From the IMG/VR virus record IMGVR_UViG_3300022200_000032, positions 13,856-77,855 of that record: a DNA stretch of 64,000 nucleotides. The stretch is one strand, 5' to 3'. Position 1 is the first letter of the stretch, and each line of letters opens with the position of its first letter. A program made the position numbers and the translations under genes. Positions 39,701-49,708 of the stretch are shown in pieces. The stretch is from a virus. A model generated the notes under the pieces. The model ran no database searches, was not told the DNA's origin, and saw nothing but the letters and a program-made list of their open reading frames with translations.

Positions 39701-40109
39701 GGCTATTACGATTGTAATCTAGCACAGATTCTGTTGTGCTAACTGCGGTTACTTTCAGATAACCACGAGCTGCTTGGTTACGCTTTGGTGTATATCCAAC
39801 TAGTTTTGCTAGATTAACAACGCTATCACGGCGCTCTGCTGTGTCTAGGAAGTTTTCGCGACTATTTAAATCAACACGGAATGAAAGACTCTGGCCCATA
39901 AACGCCATTAAGTCAAGCATAGCTACAAATTCTGATGATTCTACAAAATCATTAAATGATTCTGGATAGTATTGACGCAGATAATCCACAAAACTTTTAC
40001 GTAATGTTTCAAAGTTATAACTTTGAAAATCTGCTTCTCGATAAGTCTGATAGATTCTTTTCCAGTCTTCGATACCAAAAATAGTAGTTTGACGTGAAGT
40101 TGTGGCCAT
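36708..40109 (-). CDS. Baseplate wedge protein, T4 gp6-like
   Basis: FNDFVESSE, ENFLDTAERRDSV, LVGYTPKR, FGDGVF, TQNRMVNGEDY. Confidence 0.9.
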   Translation of the reverse strand: MATTSRQTTIFGIEDWKRIYQTYREADFQSYNFETLRKSFVDYLRQYYPESFNDFVESSEFVAMLDLMAFMGQSLSFRVDLNSRENFLDTAERRDSVVNLAKLVGYTPKRNQAARGYLKVTAVSTTESVLDYNRNSLANVTVKWNDRTNPDWQEQFKTIINAILIDSQTVGNPGNAQNILGVNTSEYTINLAPNLLPVIPFTAQVDGVNMSFEAVSGTSVDKTYIYEAIPRPGGDFNLLYRNDGLGFGSTETGYFFYFKQGSLETREFSLPERIANRTVDINIEGTNNNDVWLYKINSSTGAITEQWTQVENIYGSSSQEEGASRKLFSVSSRANDQITMNFGDGVFSEIPVGTFRSYTRSSNGLEYVINPNEMQNIDISVTYVSRRGRLETATFTLGLQNNISNSRARETIADIKRRAPARYYTQNRMVNGEDYNNFPYTQFSSIIKSKAVNRSNIGASRYLDLVDPTGKYSSINAFGGDGLFYEEFSEAAFGFTFVDKNDIENVIRNQVEPVLAGRQMLHFYYNQYNRKNLEIFGMNWNRSTSLINETTGYFYDADETPISIGSTVGDDRQFVDQNCLIKFVAPTGQYFDRNNRLQTGTPTGPGQRTYLWASVKVLSGDGTNSGAGNDANGLGPVTINNYVPTGAIADEVIPVFNTDLPTALEQSLLAQIELYRDFGLGYNNATGEWYIISANNLDQTSAFALTNAGDTSNLNLDSSWLVKFISTGTTYTVTSRTLNYYFSSVAETRFFYENNQKIYDPKTGKTVNDYIMVLKTNSQPDSNSPLVGEVRLDIIGQTVETDGFVNDFNVEISFADTDDDGVPDDPDFFNTLVAPDVNANNKLVFFEQTVDFDNLERYLPLATSVVNTIYGSQDEIELVKAEYSSGQVFYAYNEDKFFVLTVSNNVRTIAEDTGYISKIGRGDIQFQYKHNSPETRRINPGSTNIIDLYLVTADYYTAYQRYIQDTTATVAEPAQPTTDELTTLYESLNNYKMVSDNMIFNSVEFKPLFGSKAETALQAYIKVVKLENTVVSNSEIKSRVIETINTFFNVDNWDFGETFYFSELAAYIHEELGGIIGSVILLPKDPSKSFGDLYEIGCDANEIFVSAATVNDIQIVDSLTASQLRLTNTSGVV

Positions 40110-40138
40110 GGTATAATACTCTTATTTTATAATCGTAT

Positions 40139-40171
40139 TATTTATGGTAGTTATAAACTGCGTAGTTTATA
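40139..40171 (-). promoter_or_regulatory. Late promoter CATAAATA with upstream inverted repeat TATAAACT-GCGT-AGTTTATA
   Basis: Box at 40139-40146; perfect 8-bp inverted repeat at 40152-40171. Confidence 0.65.
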
Positions 40172-40556
40172 CAAAAGATGCTGTTTGTGATTCTTCGTCA
40201 AATTTAATTTGAAGTACTTCTGGATCTAAACCAGAAACGAATGTCACTACCAGTTCTAATATCACACCGCTTGGATCAGTAGTAACAATTATATCATCAA
40301 TGCTGATCCGTGGATCATAATTTGTTGTGCGTTCAAGTTCTGCCGTTATTTGTCGTACAATATCTGGTGTGTTTGGTTCAAAAATAAAATTCCATAAACG
40401 TGTACCAAATGCTGGGCGTCCAGGCAACTCGCCTTCGCGAATCGAGAGTGCATTAAGTAGGTCTCGTTTAATTAACTCGCTATCAGTTAATGTAAACTTT
40501 TTATATTTGTCTATTGTACTAAACCCTTTAAAACGTGCCATAATGTTTATATCCAT
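40167..40556 (-). CDS. Baseplate wedge subunit, gp25 family
   Basis: LIKRDLLN, GE..GRPAFGT.LW..IFEP, YDPRI. Confidence 0.9.
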   Translation of the reverse strand: MDINIMARFKGFSTIDKYKKFTLTDSELIKRDLLNALSIREGELPGRPAFGTRLWNFIFEPNTPDIVRQITAELERTTNYDPRISIDDIIVTTDPSGVILELVVTFVSGLDPEVLQIKFDEESQTASFV

Positions 40557-42022
40557 GTACCGGAAGCACCGGTTCCTTTATTATTTACTGTATAACAAGT
40601 CCATTTACCACCAGCAGCCTCACATTCTGCCTGTGTTGGGCCAATTAATGTTGGATCAGAACATGAACAAACTTCAATCGGTTGATCGCTGGCTACCGCA
40701 TTACTAAATGTATCTGTTATCCCACTTAACGATGGTAACTGGAAGTTACTTGCTTGCACAATGCCTGTGTAATTTGGTGATGGTACCTTGGGATTGCCAA
40801 TTAAATTTGTTACTACATTATCAATACCCGATCGTTGAACGGTTTGTGTTACTGCCGGTGGTGTAATAGTTACAGGTCCGGAACTACCTCCACCAAACAA
40901 GCCACCAATTCCACCTAACAGGCTACCAAAAACATTTCCAAGAGCACCGCCGATTGCACCACCAACGCCGCCAATTAAATTTCCAGCAACATCACTAATC
41001 GCACTGATTCCTCCGATACTTCCTGCCAGATCGCCTAGACTGCCTGTTAAACTCCCTGTTAAGTCGCCAAAGATTTCGCCGCCAAGATCTGCAAACCCAC
41101 CTGTAATTTGCCCTAGTAATTCTCCAGCACCCCCAGTAACAAAACTACCCAGGTCCGATCCAAACTGCCCTAACGCATTACCAAAACCGCCCGCAAAATC
41201 ACCAAGACTACCAGTTATGTCACCAAATCCAATATCTCCAAAACTAACATCACCTAAACCAACTGTATCTGTTAACCCACCAGTAAAATCTCCGATGTCG
41301 CCTGCTACGTTTCCTAATACATCTCCGGTACCGCCTACTATTCCATTGATACCGTTGCTAACTATGCTGCTGTCTCCAAGGCTTGGCAGTAGTTTAGTAT
41401 CAACAAAATCAATCGCATATTGTCCACCACGGCCGGTTAAATCCATTGCTGCACCTTGCAGTGGTCCTGGCACATTACCTGAAATCCAATCATTAGCAGC
41501 ACCTACACCAAATTTAGACGCTACGTTTGTAACGCCTGCTACGATGTCTGCATCTTCAAATCCTGTAATCGTGCCAGTTGACTTTAACCCAGACAATGAA
41601 TTACTCATTATATCTGTTTGTACTGTACTTTGCAGTGATCCATTACTTAATAGCGTGTCTACCGCGGTAATTCCTTCCTTGCCTGTCCAAACATTTGGGC
41701 TATTTAAAACTGTTTCGAGTTGGGCAGGATCATCAAGAAAACGTTCTACTGTTCCTGGTTTAATATAATTGTTATCTTCAAGCGCCTGTGCTGAAATTCC
41801 GTACTTACCTACTCCGGCTCCAAGAACACTTTCTGCTGTGCTTCCGGTTTGTGAAACAATTCTGTTAGTCATTTCATCAACGGTTAAACTGTTAGCACTT
41901 GCAACAGACTTTGATTGTTGGGCCATAACTGTGCCCAACTGATCAGCAGTTATTGATCCCAGCCCTTCTGTGATTCTGTCTTGTTTTGCTAGATCTGATA
42001 TTTCAACACCGAGAATTGCCAT
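40547..42022 (-). CDS. Baseplate-hub-associated protein: possible muramidase-like N-domain, Gly-rich repeat region, Cys-rich tail
   Basis: GVGKYG...LE...YIKPG...WTGKEG; long G-D/S-L/F repeats; CSC...ECEAAGGKWTC; TAATG-coupled to the gp5-like gene. Confidence 0.55.
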   Translation of the reverse strand: MAILGVEISDLAKQDRITEGLGSITADQLGTVMAQQSKSVASANSLTVDEMTNRIVSQTGSTAESVLGAGVGKYGISAQALEDNNYIKPGTVERFLDDPAQLETVLNSPNVWTGKEGITAVDTLLSNGSLQSTVQTDIMSNSLSGLKSTGTITGFEDADIVAGVTNVASKFGVGAANDWISGNVPGPLQGAAMDLTGRGGQYAIDFVDTKLLPSLGDSSIVSNGINGIVGGTGDVLGNVAGDIGDFTGGLTDTVGLGDVSFGDIGFGDITGSLGDFAGGFGNALGQFGSDLGSFVTGGAGELLGQITGGFADLGGEIFGDLTGSLTGSLGDLAGSIGGISAISDVAGNLIGGVGGAIGGALGNVFGSLLGGIGGLFGGGSSGPVTITPPAVTQTVQRSGIDNVVTNLIGNPKVPSPNYTGIVQASNFQLPSLSGITDTFSNAVASDQPIEVCSCSDPTLIGPTQAECEAAGGKWTCYTVNNKGTGASGTWI

Positions 42023-43548
42023 TATTCATTCCTCACAGGAATATTATTACTAAGTGAATTCATTTTATCAACCACCGCTTGATCTGCTGCAACAGATGTT
42101 GTGCCTCCAGCATCAAACTCGACATTAGTTGCTACACCTTTATTATGATGCGGATATGGTTCATGAGTTGGTGCTCTGGTTACGATACTTTCAAGATCAC
42201 CTTCTGTTGATGTCCATCCCGTGCTACCATGATTTACATCTGGCAATGTTGTGCGTGTTCCATAAATTCCCGGACTGGTTGGTAGTGCCGGTCCTGTGTT
42301 TAACAATACAAGCGCACCCTTAACGCTGGTTGGTCCCACGGCACTTAAACTTGCCGCGGTTGTACCAGCGAGTGCTAACATACCATCAGACTTAACATTG
42401 ATTTTGCTGTTACTGTTAATAGATACCATTTTGTCGCCAATTAAACTCAGTACTTCTTCACCTTCGACAAATGTTGCTTTTTTACCATGCAACGCTGCTG
42501 TTACACCACCATATAAATTTAAACTCTGATCAGCGTGAATGTTTACATCACCCTGTGAACGCAAGTTAATAGAGTTAGCAGCATACATATCAATGGTGCC
42601 TTCTTTGCCTAACTCTACCCATGATTGACCATTTGCATGCATTATGTGCAAACAGTTACCATCGTCGCTTAGTGTGATTTGATGTCCTTTTGCAGTACGA
42701 ATGCGTACCAAATTATCATTGCCTGTGATGTCTCCATCGTCCATGATAAATGAATGTCCGCCACGACGCCCGACCACTTCCAGATCATCTTGTGTTACAC
42801 CACCACTTGCGAAACTTTGTCTAATATTGTATTCTGAAATACCTGATTTATAAATTGGACGCCCGGGTGTTAAGATGCCAAATACATTACTTGGAGATTC
42901 CCTGTAAGCACTTGATCCAATTGGTCCGCGTACTCTATCATTAATAACACCTTGTTGATACATTGTTGCTGCGGTCACAGCATGAACTGGTCTGGGAGCA
43001 GCAAATGCCTGGTTGTTTTCTCTGATCTGTTTGTTTTCCACATTCATTTCTGCAACTGGCAGACGTGTTGCTCCAGCGAATCGTTGTGCTTGTTCTTCAT
43101 TATCTGTTACGAATGCCGCACTAGCACCTACCGCAGGAACCATGTGCATTAAGTCTGGATCCGGAATACTACCAAAGTAATAACCTTGATTTGGATCTCC
43201 TTGCACAAAAATGCACATTACTTTAATTCCAACATCAGGAACAGTAAACCACATGCCATATGAGTTAGAATTGCCTTCGCCGTTACCTTTTCCAAACCCA
43301 TCACTGGTACCAGCATGGGGAGTATTACCAAAAAACGGACTCATATAACGCACTGTGCGCCAACTTGACGAATCTTCTCGATCTTGACCGCCAAGCTCTG
43401 GAATGTATACCTGTATACGCCCAATGCGTGCTGGGTCCCTGTTATTCATTACTTCGCCAATAAAAGGACCAGGATCACTAGGGAATCCACCACGTTCTAT
43501 TTTGTAGTTACTTGGGCGTCCTCGGGTACGTTGTATATTCTCTGCCAT
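42022..43548 (-). CDS. Baseplate central spike, gp5/VgrG-like (OB fold + beta-helix, no lysozyme domain seen)
   Basis: DPARIGRIQVYIP, YGMWFTVPDVG, GHSFIMDDG, RIRTAKGHQI, C-terminal PTHEPYPHH. Confidence 0.85.
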   Translation of the reverse strand: MAENIQRTRGRPSNYKIERGGFPSDPGPFIGEVMNNRDPARIGRIQVYIPELGGQDREDSSSWRTVRYMSPFFGNTPHAGTSDGFGKGNGEGNSNSYGMWFTVPDVGIKVMCIFVQGDPNQGYYFGSIPDPDLMHMVPAVGASAAFVTDNEEQAQRFAGATRLPVAEMNVENKQIRENNQAFAAPRPVHAVTAATMYQQGVINDRVRGPIGSSAYRESPSNVFGILTPGRPIYKSGISEYNIRQSFASGGVTQDDLEVVGRRGGHSFIMDDGDITGNDNLVRIRTAKGHQITLSDDGNCLHIMHANGQSWVELGKEGTIDMYAANSINLRSQGDVNIHADQSLNLYGGVTAALHGKKATFVEGEEVLSLIGDKMVSINSNSKINVKSDGMLALAGTTAASLSAVGPTSVKGALVLLNTGPALPTSPGIYGTRTTLPDVNHGSTGWTSTEGDLESIVTRAPTHEPYPHHNKGVATNVEFDAGGTTSVAADQAVVDKMNSLSNNIPVRNE

Positions 43549-43558
43549 TGTTTACCTA

Positions 43559-46500
43559 TTATAAATCTAAAAATGGGTCTGGATTGCTCTGACGTTCGTA
43601 GGCCTGATTAAAATAATCCATGGTTTGTTTAATTTGTGATGGTAATGTTCCTGGATCAAACTCCTTGAGTTTACCATCTTGACCATACACACCAATCACT
43701 GTTTGTGTAATATTTCCTGAGTTGTCAATGTCGACTTTCTTACGAACTTTAGCGTCATAGTATGGATCGTAATCTTCAATATATCTTGGTTTAAATCCTT
43801 TCTTCTCTTGTGCGTATTTAATAGCGCGAATGTTACTGTCGTAAGCATCTTGGGTGTTGGCATTAAATTCTATACCATTATAATTAAATGTGTTGTTACC
43901 AAGTGCCTGTGCGCCGGCAGTATTATTGACCGTTTCAGCACGTGCGGCCGGTGGAGGAGGCACAGGATTAGAGAACTCAGGTTCTGCTTGTGGTTCTGTC
44001 GTGCCATTAACTACAACATCATGTGCTGGATCAGCTGGTGTTGTTGGTTGTGGTGTAGGCGGATCAGAGGTTGCATCAGGGGTGAGTAATGGAACAGTAC
44101 TATTTGTCGCTGCTGTATCACCAGTATTGTTAGGTGCTAACATTAACTCTTGTTCATCAAATGCTTGCTCAAATTCAACATCAGTGATTTCACCACTTGG
44201 TGACGTAATTGGCTGCGTATTGACTACACTTGGTGTATTTAGGTCAGCCTCATCAATGTCATCACGCTCTTGTGCAGCCATGTCTCTAGCATATTGATAT
44301 CCAGCATCATATTCTTCATAATCTGTATCTTGTGCTTCTAGGTTAGTAGCAACAACGGATTGACGATATTTTGCATCAACATCGATAGCAAGTGTTCCAT
44401 CAGCTAATCGTTCTGCATCTTTGTCATCTCTCCAGGTCATTAATGTCCCTTTGAGGGTTTGTTTAAATTCACCATTGTGTAATAATGTTGTAATTTCATT
44501 TGCACGATATGCCAGGACAACTGTAGCTGTTGCACCAGATATGTCAACTACACCTTTGTTAGGATTGTTATATCCAATATTTTGTAAGCCGGTATCCTGA
44601 TAATCCGCTGGTGTATTATATTCAACAGAAAAATATATTTCTGATGCATCATAATTTACACTTCCATCTGGCAAGAACGGAGAGTTACCAACTTTCTGTT
44701 TGCTTATTTTAGGTGAATAGAAAACTTCGCTTTGTGCAATCCAGTCTGGGTCTCCAACGATGGTAAGTTCGGCCATTGCCATATCAGCAGGACTATATAA
44801 CACGCTTGCTGCACTGGATGTTGCTTCGCTAGATTTATTAACACCACCAAGATTTGTTTCATTTGACCGAGGCATATAAAAGTTTTTGGTTACATGTATT
44901 GTATTAATTTCCACAGGATTAGTTAAACGTTCCGGTCCAAACTGCTGAAAATACAAATAATTAAAATCTTGCCTGAAATCTATAATTTCAGTATTTTCTC
45001 CAGTGAACCAATATGGATAACGTTTGTGTACTCCTCTATAATATGCACCAGGGAAGTATGGACTTTTGACATCACCAACACCATAACGCTTAATAGTATA
45101 TTTGATATTATATGCATAATCCATTGTTTGTGGATTAATTTTATCTGATCTCGGTGTTACTGTTGTTACAACTTTAAACCATTGAAATACCTTGCTGGAC
45201 CCTTCTTTAACAATGGGTTTACCGGTGCGTTTGTCAACGTCAATGTTTCGTTGTGCTGTTACAAATTCACTTTCGCGCACCACTAATTCAATTGCCTGAA
45301 TAATACTTGTGCCTGCTGGTAGACTTTTACGCCCTTGATTTTTGTCAACGCGATCAGTGTTTGGTGCGGTTGGGTTTGTTTTATCTGAAGGCATAGCAGA
45401 TTGGTTTTTATCGACATTCTGATCTACAACCACTTTCTTAGTGTCGATCTCGGACCCTTCTTCTACCTCAATAATATATTTGTTGGCAAACTCTTTTCCA
45501 TAGGCACGTTCGCTCTCAGCATTTAGTGCATTGGCCAAACCAGTATAAATTGAAAGATTTGCCTGGGTTGTAATATCATCTCTTCGCTGATCAAATTCTT
45601 CAGGGAAATATTCTTCGCCTGCGCCACCAATACCCAAGATGCTCCCCACTGTGCCACCTTGCAGTTCAATGTTGAATGGTAACGCACCATGTGTTCCGAT
45701 CTGTGAGTAAAAGCTCATCGGAGTAGCACACGTGCAGCGATATTCGATCATTTCTGCCGCCATTGAAAATGTAATTCCAGTAAAAATGAATGGTATAAAC
45801 TTTTCGCTAAACGCACGAGCATCAGAGGTGGGCTCTGCTTTTGAAATTTTTGAACCATCAACTAAATTACCGTATTCGTCATATCCGTAAAAACGAATAA
45901 CCATCAGATAATTTTGTGCTGCATAATTGATCTTATCTGACGGAAACCCTTTGCTTATTTTATAATCTTTAACTGCTTTATGTAAACTATCTAAAAACGT
46001 CAGCCCATTAGGTTCTCTGACAGTAAAACTCATCTCAAATGAATTATGTACAGATTGGGTTGATGTACCAGATATTAATCCTTTGATCTCAATATTATCA
46101 AGATAAAAGTCTAAATGAAAATTAGGATCCCTTAGTGCTCCATATGTTCCTGTACCAACACTTGCTGCACCACCACTTTGCATTAATAATGGAAGCCCAG
46201 CAACGCTTTTGATGCCTTGATTATAAATTCTATCCATCGCTGGTTTATCAAGCATGTAAAGGCTGATTGCATATGTCATTGTGGCAAACCCTTTAAATGG
46301 GTTTGGTTTTGCCACAATCTTTTCTAAAAATTCTTTTGGAATCGGACTTGCGCCATCTGATCCACGTGCAACATTTGGGTCAGAAACAGCATCTTGCTCA
46401 GGTGCAATTGGTTCTTCCTTATTTGGCCCATAAACTTCTGGACCAACACCAATCGGAAGTGTTCCTGCACCAGTGCCCAACCCATTGCCTGGTAATGCCG

Positions 46501-47554
46501 CATCTTCAGCTAATGCAAGTTGATCAATATCTGCTGGTTGAGCATTCGTTTCTCCGCCTTGAATTCTGCCATCAGTAATCAATCCATCTGTATCAATATT
46601 TGCATCTTCAGGATTACCTAAATATTCTGCAGGTTCTGATTGCAGTAGTTCTCCGGTACTGACCGACGGTGGGGTAAATGCAGATCCGTCCTGTGTTTCA
46701 TTCTGTAATACTATTGTATCTGTATTTCCAGCCACATGTGGCATAAGCGTCGCTGATGACCCAGGTTCCATTACAACTTCTGTGTTTGGTGGTAACACAG
46801 CGACGCCACCGGTGGTCACAACATAGTCACCATTTGCTGCTTGTTGCACTCCGGTACCAAGTTTTACTTCTGTTGCAGTATCTGGTGTAATTTGCAACGT
46901 TCCATCAGAGGTCAATCGTACTTGTGATGCTGGTCCAACCTCGATGCTACCCGTGGTTGTGTTAAATTCTGTAGCTCGGGTGGGAGCAAACACAGCCTGA
47001 GCTGTATCAGGCTGTACTGTAATGTTACCTAAAGCTGGATTAGAGTCATAATTGGCGTTAATTGCGCTGCCTGGCATTGCGACTGAAACTGGAGTTGAGC
47101 CAGTGCTGAAACTTGGTAATGCTGCACTAGCATTGTAACTGGGTGCAAGCTCTGGTGTAATTGCCTCGGTGGACTCCCCAGTAAACGTATAAGTATTCGC
47201 ATTTTCAGGAAGCCCTGGCACTGCTGTATTTGGTGTAGGAGGTGGCAATACACCAGTTGGTCGCGAAATTGTTGTAGGCGGTACATTCACGTTACCGACT
47301 GCGTTAGATGATGCAGGTGTAGCACCTGATAGTGGATTGTAATTTGATCGTGTGAAATTAAACCCGTTTAAATTAACAACAGTTTCTCCTGACGGCCATC
47401 GTTTTGCTTCAAGTGGTCGTCCAGCAGTTGTAAAATCTCCTGCTTTGGTTGGGAGATTTTCAAACAAAACGTTGTAGTAAAGATCACCGTTTGGATCAAC
47501 GTAAAAGTTCTTGTTATCTACGTTTCCGGCACCTGAAATCGTAATATTTGCCAC
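43559..47554 (-). CDS. Probable baseplate hub (gp27-like) with long Pro/Thr-rich extensions
   Basis: Lies between the gp53-like and gp5-like genes; FTVREPNG, YWFTGENTEIIDF, LTIVGDPDWI. Confidence 0.55.
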   Translation of the reverse strand: MANITISGAGNVDNKNFYVDPNGDLYYNVLFENLPTKAGDFTTAGRPLEAKRWPSGETVVNLNGFNFTRSNYNPLSGATPASSNAVGNVNVPPTTISRPTGVLPPPTPNTAVPGLPENANTYTFTGESTEAITPELAPSYNASAALPSFSTGSTPVSVAMPGSAINANYDSNPALGNITVQPDTAQAVFAPTRATEFNTTTGSIEVGPASQVRLTSDGTLQITPDTATEVKLGTGVQQAANGDYVVTTGGVAVLPPNTEVVMEPGSSATLMPHVAGNTDTIVLQNETQDGSAFTPPSVSTGELLQSEPAEYLGNPEDANIDTDGLITDGRIQGGETNAQPADIDQLALAEDAALPGNGLGTGAGTLPIGVGPEVYGPNKEEPIAPEQDAVSDPNVARGSDGASPIPKEFLEKIVAKPNPFKGFATMTYAISLYMLDKPAMDRIYNQGIKSVAGLPLLMQSGGAASVGTGTYGALRDPNFHLDFYLDNIEIKGLISGTSTQSVHNSFEMSFTVREPNGLTFLDSLHKAVKDYKISKGFPSDKINYAAQNYLMVIRFYGYDEYGNLVDGSKISKAEPTSDARAFSEKFIPFIFTGITFSMAAEMIEYRCTCATPMSFYSQIGTHGALPFNIELQGGTVGSILGIGGAGEEYFPEEFDQRRDDITTQANLSIYTGLANALNAESERAYGKEFANKYIIEVEEGSEIDTKKVVVDQNVDKNQSAMPSDKTNPTAPNTDRVDKNQGRKSLPAGTSIIQAIELVVRESEFVTAQRNIDVDKRTGKPIVKEGSSKVFQWFKVVTTVTPRSDKINPQTMDYAYNIKYTIKRYGVGDVKSPYFPGAYYRGVHKRYPYWFTGENTEIIDFRQDFNYLYFQQFGPERLTNPVEINTIHVTKNFYMPRSNETNLGGVNKSSEATSSAASVLYSPADMAMAELTIVGDPDWIAQSEVFYSPKISKQKVGNSPFLPDGSVNYDASEIYFSVEYNTPADYQDTGLQNIGYNNPNKGVVDISGATATVVLAYRANEITTLLHNGEFKQTLKGTLMTWRDDKDAERLADGTLAIDVDAKYRQSVVATNLEAQDTDYEEYDAGYQYARDMAAQERDDIDEADLNTPSVVNTQPITSPSGEITDVEFEQAFDEQELMLAPNNTGDTAATNSTVPLLTPDATSDPPTPQPTTPADPAHDVVVNGTTEPQAEPEFSNPVPPPPAARAETVNNTAGAQALGNNTFNYNGIEFNANTQDAYDSNIRAIKYAQEKKGFKPRYIEDYDPYYDAKVRKKVDIDNSGNITQTVIGVYGQDGKLKEFDPGTLPSQIKQTMDYFNQAYERQSNPDPFLDL

Positions 47555-47555
47555 G

Positions 47556-47855
47556 TTAGAACCCTAATGCTTCTCGTAATGTTTCCAGTGCGGGTAAATA
47601 AATTTGTGTGCCAATCCTAAAATCATAAAGTGGATCAACAAGAGTGTTTGGATTGCGTTGTGCAAATACCCACCATAGTTCACTGTTTCCATACAAATCA
47701 TGTGCCAATAAATCAGGACGTAAATTATATACCTGATTAATTGTAAACAGTCGATCATCTGACTTTTTTGGTATCTTTCGATTGACCATTAAATCTAAAT
47801 AGAACTCATTGTTGCGAGTTTCATAATATGGACTTGTTGCTGTATATGATGCCAT
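47556..47855 (-). CDS. Baseplate wedge subunit, gp53-like (LysM-like)
   Basis: RPDLLAHDLYG..LWWVFAQRN; start taken at 47855 from the TAATG overlap. Confidence 0.85.
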   Translation of the reverse strand: MASYTATSPYYETRNNEFYLDLMVNRKIPKKSDDRLFTINQVYNLRPDLLAHDLYGNSELWWVFAQRNPNTLVDPLYDFRIGTQIYLPALETLREALGF

Positions 47856-49708
47856 TACCAAATACCTTTCTTAATTAAGTTACCGTTAGAAAATTCACGC
47901 AGACTGAATTCTTTACTGATTTGTGTGCGTGTATTGATTGGCAAGAATGTTAGACTAAAATTAATTCTTGTTGGCACATAGGTATCACCACCGGTATTTT
48001 TAGTCATTCCGCTAATTGAAGGGTTAATAGGACTCAATGTTTGCGGACTTCCGAACAGATAGTCTAATCCAGCATTCACTAATCGACTCAACACACTGCT
48101 GTTCCCTGAATATCCACCTGAAGTGTTCTTGCTCATAAACTGATTACCAGTTGTTGTTGAGTTGGTTGTTTTAATGTAGTCTACGTTGTCTGGCAACGTA
48201 TACTGGAAAACAGTCAAAGCACACGGATGTTCATTAAATTGATACTCACCAAGCCCAGTCATGTATAACAACGGAGGCGGTGTGCCACGCTCTTTGTCTT
48301 GCCCGTAAAACATTTTAGTTGCTGATTTGAAAAAATGCATAGTAGCTAACAAATAATTCGCTTCTGCTGTGTCTTGTGCGGTAAATTCTGCATTTACAAC
48401 GATATTTGAAACATGACTTCCTGAATAAAAATATCCACGATAATTGCTGTGTGTTAAATCATAACTTGCATATCTTGCTTCGCTTGATACAGTGATTTGG
48501 GGCATGTACGGAAATATAACACCGTCAGTATCACGCAATGGAGAAAGTATCCCAGGACTGGCGCTATTATACAGATAGTCAGCAAAAGGACTCAGTCTTA
48601 CACGGAAACGCCAATCACCACGATTAATTGTCTTACGTGCGTCTTTGATACTACGTTGTTTTGCGTATGCTTGCTCTGCTGCAACGGTTACCGGATCATA
48701 GAGTTCTGGAGTGGTACCAATAGGCACACATTCCATTGTTTCATCATCATAATATTCTGATCCAATCAAACAGCCATTCTCGTCACGTTCGTCAACCGGC
48801 AATGGACTGCCTAAGTAATTTGATGTTTGACCAATTGGTACACAAATACCATCAGTATCATCATAAACCTCTAACCCAACTCTACATCCAAATTCATCAT
48901 ATTCTGGTCCACCTTGCGGGTCTGCACCATATTGCCAGTTATCGGGCATATCTTCCCGTGCTACCCATTCGCCTAAGTCATCATTATAAACAAATTCATT
49001 TTGATTACGTGCTTGCCAATCTTCAGGGCGATCATCGCGAGGCACATATTCACCTAAACTATCGTCATACCACAAATTTGGGTCATTCGCAGGACTAAAC
49101 TCGTCGTCGTATAGTGTAGTACCTTGTCGTTGTGCCAACAATTCATCAATACGTGCTTGTTGGTTAGCTGCATAGTCATCAGCAGTAAATTCAGCCAAAT
49201 CGTCTTCATATCTTTGCTGTATAAATTGATCTGTTTCTTCAGGTTGTGTATAGTAGTTGTACGTTCCTGGAACATCAAACACATCAAATGCAGAATCTGG
49301 AAGTTCTGCAGGTGGCGTTGATAAGTTTTGTTGTGCAGTTGTTGCAGACGCTGCTGGTTCAACATACGAAGGGACTTGTGCTGGAACAGCACCCGCTTGG
49401 AAATTACTACCAGCAGCACCGAACTGACTAGAAACTTGTCTTTCTATATCCGGGCCGTTATTATATTGAAGTATGCTTGAATATAAACTAGCTTCGTAAC
49501 TTTCGGCCTCTCCAATTGCTTCTTCCAAAGCATTATAATCCGGATGGTTAAACAACGCTGAACCAGATAGTCCTTTGGCAGACAACTGATCTGCAAGAGC
49601 ATCTAACTGATTACCTAAACGTATTCTGTTTTCAATTGCTGCTGCATATTCGCCTGCTAGATGTTGTGGTACCGGTGCGTTTGCCATTCTTACGTTTCCT
49701 TGTGTCAT
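47855..49708 (-). CDS. Tail tube initiator/cap (gp48/gp54-like) with an acidic Cys-repeat N-terminal extension
   Basis: C-terminal GVIFPYMP, THSNY, FTAQ, ATKMFYG, GTPPP, LPDNVDYI. Confidence 0.65.
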   Translation of the reverse strand: MTQGNVRMANAPVPQHLAGEYAAAIENRIRLGNQLDALADQLSAKGLSGSALFNHPDYNALEEAIGEAESYEASLYSSILQYNNGPDIERQVSSQFGAAGSNFQAGAVPAQVPSYVEPAASATTAQQNLSTPPAELPDSAFDVFDVPGTYNYYTQPEETDQFIQQRYEDDLAEFTADDYAANQQARIDELLAQRQGTTLYDDEFSPANDPNLWYDDSLGEYVPRDDRPEDWQARNQNEFVYNDDLGEWVAREDMPDNWQYGADPQGGPEYDEFGCRVGLEVYDDTDGICVPIGQTSNYLGSPLPVDERDENGCLIGSEYYDDETMECVPIGTTPELYDPVTVAAEQAYAKQRSIKDARKTINRGDWRFRVRLSPFADYLYNSASPGILSPLRDTDGVIFPYMPQITVSSEARYASYDLTHSNYRGYFYSGSHVSNIVVNAEFTAQDTAEANYLLATMHFFKSATKMFYGQDKERGTPPPLLYMTGLGEYQFNEHPCALTVFQYTLPDNVDYIKTTNSTTTGNQFMSKNTSGGYSGNSSVLSRLVNAGLDYLFGSPQTLSPINPSISGMTKNTGGDTYVPTRINFSLTFLPINTRTQISKEFSLREFSNGNLIKKGIW

